Of a stretch of 64,000 nucleotides of DNA, positions 63,115 through 64,000 are shown piece by piece. The position numbers were made by a program, and so were the translations under genes. How positions within the stretch are numbered: the first letter of the stretch is position 1; each line of letters opens with the position of its first letter. The notes beneath the pieces are model-generated. The model made no database searches and was not told where the DNA came from. It saw only the letters and a program-made list of their open reading frames with translations. The stretch comes from Octopus vulgaris (Eukaryota), in NCBI GenBank assembly GCA_951406725.2, contig OX597816.1:60698001-60762000 (forward strand). Reading direction: 5' to 3'.

Positions 63115-63817
63115 AACAATTTTGTAATTTTTGTATTTTTATTTTTTCTATCTTTTCTGTATTTTTTCTGGAATTTTAATACGTCATCTTAATATGTCCT
63201 TTATATGTTTTATTATCCCAAGTTTTTAATTTACCAAATGTTTTATGATTTTAAGCGTAAATTCACTGTGTTTTGTATTGCAACACTGATTCTTATATAT
63301 TTATATATTTTATATGATGTTTATTTATTTGTATATTATTATATTATATTTTTAAACGTCGAACTTTATATCTGTTCTGTAGATATAAATGAATATATGT
63401 ATGTATTTGATCTTTCTGTGTGGATTTTAGTAATGTTCCTTTAGTTACTGCTCGCATTGCTTCCGCTCAGATTAAGAAGTGGTATACATATATATATGTA
63501 TGTGTGTGAGTATATGTTTGTGTGTCTGTGTTTGTCCTCCCAACATCACTTGACAACCGATGTCGGAATGTGTTTACGTACCCGTAACTTAGCAGTTCGG
63601 CAAAAGAGTCCGATAGAATAAGTATTAGGCTTACAAAGAATAAGTCCTGGGATCGATTTGTTCGACTAAAGGCGATGCTCCAGCATGGCCACATTCAAAT
63701 CACTGAAACAAGTAAAAGATTATGTTACATTCTGATGTGAAAAGCTGTGAAATGCTGACACTTCAGGTCACCAGATATGTTAATGATTTAAAAAGAACTG
63801 AAATGAATGGAATGAAT

Positions 63818-64000
63818 AGCATTCTACACCATATGAGATGTCATCGGGTGTACCACAGGGATCTGTCCTTGGTCCCCTCTTGTTTGTGGCATACATTAAT
63901 GACATAGATGCAAATTTAAAGAATGCCACAGTATTAAAATATGCAGACGACATCAAGCTGTACCTTGAAATCAAGAGGACAGATCCTGTTGTCTACAGCT
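63818..64000 (+). mobile_element. CR1-group LINE fragment running off the window end
   Basis: Inverse of 59265-59447 with 3 mismatches in 183 bp by my count. Confidence 0.92.

Overview
AT-rich, microsatellite- and SINE-dense animal genomic DNA. The SINE families suggest an octopod cephalopod (inference). One host protein-coding gene is clearly supported: a DGAT2/MOGAT-family acyltransferase on the + strand, with three in-phase coding exons at 50099-50585, 56071-56245 and 62277-62476; its last exon lies beyond the window. There is an intact tRNA-Asp(GTC) at 32891-32962. A CCAAT/CRE/TATA promoter at about 29.35 kb precedes an unexplained, densely base-paired ~350-nt exon followed by a 73-nt intron. 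The rest is mostly transposon-derived: mariner, Merlin, hAT/Buster, piggyBac- and Kolobok-like MITEs, a tandem Helentron-type array, a solo LTR, CR1-group, R4-like, RTE and Penelope RT fragments, and several tRNA-derived SINE families. The strongest hidden signal is six unrelated families of small type I hammerhead-ribozyme motifs (11 full or partial copies), most of them in inverted-repeat Penelope-style insertions. They include a TSD-flanked element with three hammerheads carrying a compensatory G3-C8 core swap, and a TSD-flanked tRNA-headed (Pol III-type) hammerhead element inside a MOGAT intron. All RNA structures were folded by eye; no database searches were run.
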